A DNA stretch of 64,000 nucleotides from Anthoceros angustus (lineage: Eukaryota > Plantae > Anthocerotophyta), in assembly GCA_010909165.1 (NCBI GenBank), contig VJWM01000253.1, forward strand, positions 1 through 64,000, given 5' to 3'. Positions 63,042-64,000 of this stretch are shown here, piece by piece (position 1 is the stretch's first letter; each line of letters opens with the position of its first letter). Made by a program: the position numbers and the translations under genes. The notes beneath the pieces are model-generated. The model made no database searches. It was not told where the DNA came from and was given only the letters and a program-made list of their open reading frames with translations.

Positions 63042-64000
63042 TGTGGTGGGCGGATCCGGGGCTTAGGATTCCCACCTGGCCACACTTATCACTTGTCGTT
63101 TTCGTCGTTGGGTTTCGTCCCATGAGACTTGTGGAGCGGTCGGATCTTGAAATCGTCGCTACCTCACTACACTACCTCGGCCTTCTAAACAAGCAGGCGC
63201 CCTCTCGCTCCTCTCTGGCTACACGCTCCTTTGCCCGTAAATTCACCACGCCTCTACCTCGACACCCTCTTGTAGGTCCACACCCCCGTGGTCGGATCAC
63301 GCGTAGGGACCCCCTCGTTGCAGCGACTTCACCACCCGTGATCTTCCACTATTCCTTTCCATCCTTCCCACAATTGGCACATCCTCAACCACCAACTCGG
63401 CGGCGGCCACGCCACTCCGCCTTTGCTCGGTGAATCACCACTCCACGGACCTACAACGACATCCTACGGATGTAGGGCCACCCTCTGGCGGTAGGTCCAC
63501 CGTCTCGCACATAGGGACCCCCTACGGTAGGCGCGACTTCTCCACCCGTGATTTTGAGACCTTAGCCCGGCTTCCGGTCTCGGTTTGGTGCGGTTGGGAC
63601 CCTCCCTTAGGCTCGACTTGGGCCTTCTTCTTACTCTAATCTCTACCTACTCCTCTACTCAACATTCGACTCCACATTCTCCTCAACTCACCTCAACTCA
63701 ACTCCTCATCCTCCTAATCTAACCTTACTTCAAGCTCAGCTAGCTCGCCCTTAGCTGGCTGCACAGGGTGCCTACATAACAAGTTCTTCCTTGGGCGGTT
63801 GCTGTGAGTTTGCAGACGTGAGAACCTCCGAGTCTTTCCTGTAGTCTACCCTCAAGCCGAGTTCCTTGGGCATCGCCACACACCCAAAGCAAAGCAATTT
63901 CACCAACCATTCACAGGGAGCAACTGCGGGCGCGCAAGGGCAGCTCTCCACTCCGACATGAAACTCCCTCTCTACGGGCCTTCGTTAGCTTGCGGCCGAA
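63042..64000 (-). repeat. Gypsy B LTR (5' LTR of B2, truncated by the window edge)
   Basis: TGTGGTGGGCGGATCC...; colinear with 37242-38200 and 49306-50230. Confidence 0.9.

Larger units (their letters stand above)
49306..64000 (-). mobile_element. Gypsy family B element, copy B2 (5' LTR runs off the window)
   Basis: Colinear with B1: extra ORF ~50930-53092, pol ~54400-58850, gag ~58900-62900 with internal duplications, PBS 63021-63038, LTR from 63042. Confidence 0.92.

Overview
Eukaryotic, plant-type repetitive DNA with very frequent small indels, so almost every coding region is frameshifted. Many of these errors look like long-read consensus errors clustered at CAG/CTG sites. About 85% of the window (9.1-64 kb) is nested LTR retrotransposons. 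One Ty1/copia element (+, 9683-17389; paired LTRs, Met PBS, CATAA target-site duplication) sits inside a second, 3'-truncated copia (-). Two related Ty3/gypsy families (A and B, both on the - strand) have tRNA-Asp PBS, ~1.2-kb LTRs, no visible chromodomain, an extra ORF downstream of pol, and head-to-tail copies that share LTRs. The first 9 kb is not retroelement and is the most interesting part. It holds a frameshifted, intron-containing + strand gene (~3825-7040) encoding a ParB/Sulfiredoxin-like N-terminal region (VLGGNH) fused to a beta-class N4-cytosine/N6-adenine DNA methyltransferase-like domain (DVP[x]G...FVWDK...EYI...NFS..GDWILDAC.SGSTT). That gene lies tail-to-tail with a possible Mutator-like DDE transposase remnant and next to further unknown ORFs and GTAGTAAA repeat arrays. 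This may be a multi-gene mobile element carrying its own amino-methyltransferase (inference). The host is probably a land plant with a large TE-rich genome; I cannot identify the species. Most coordinates inside degraded ORFs are approximate.
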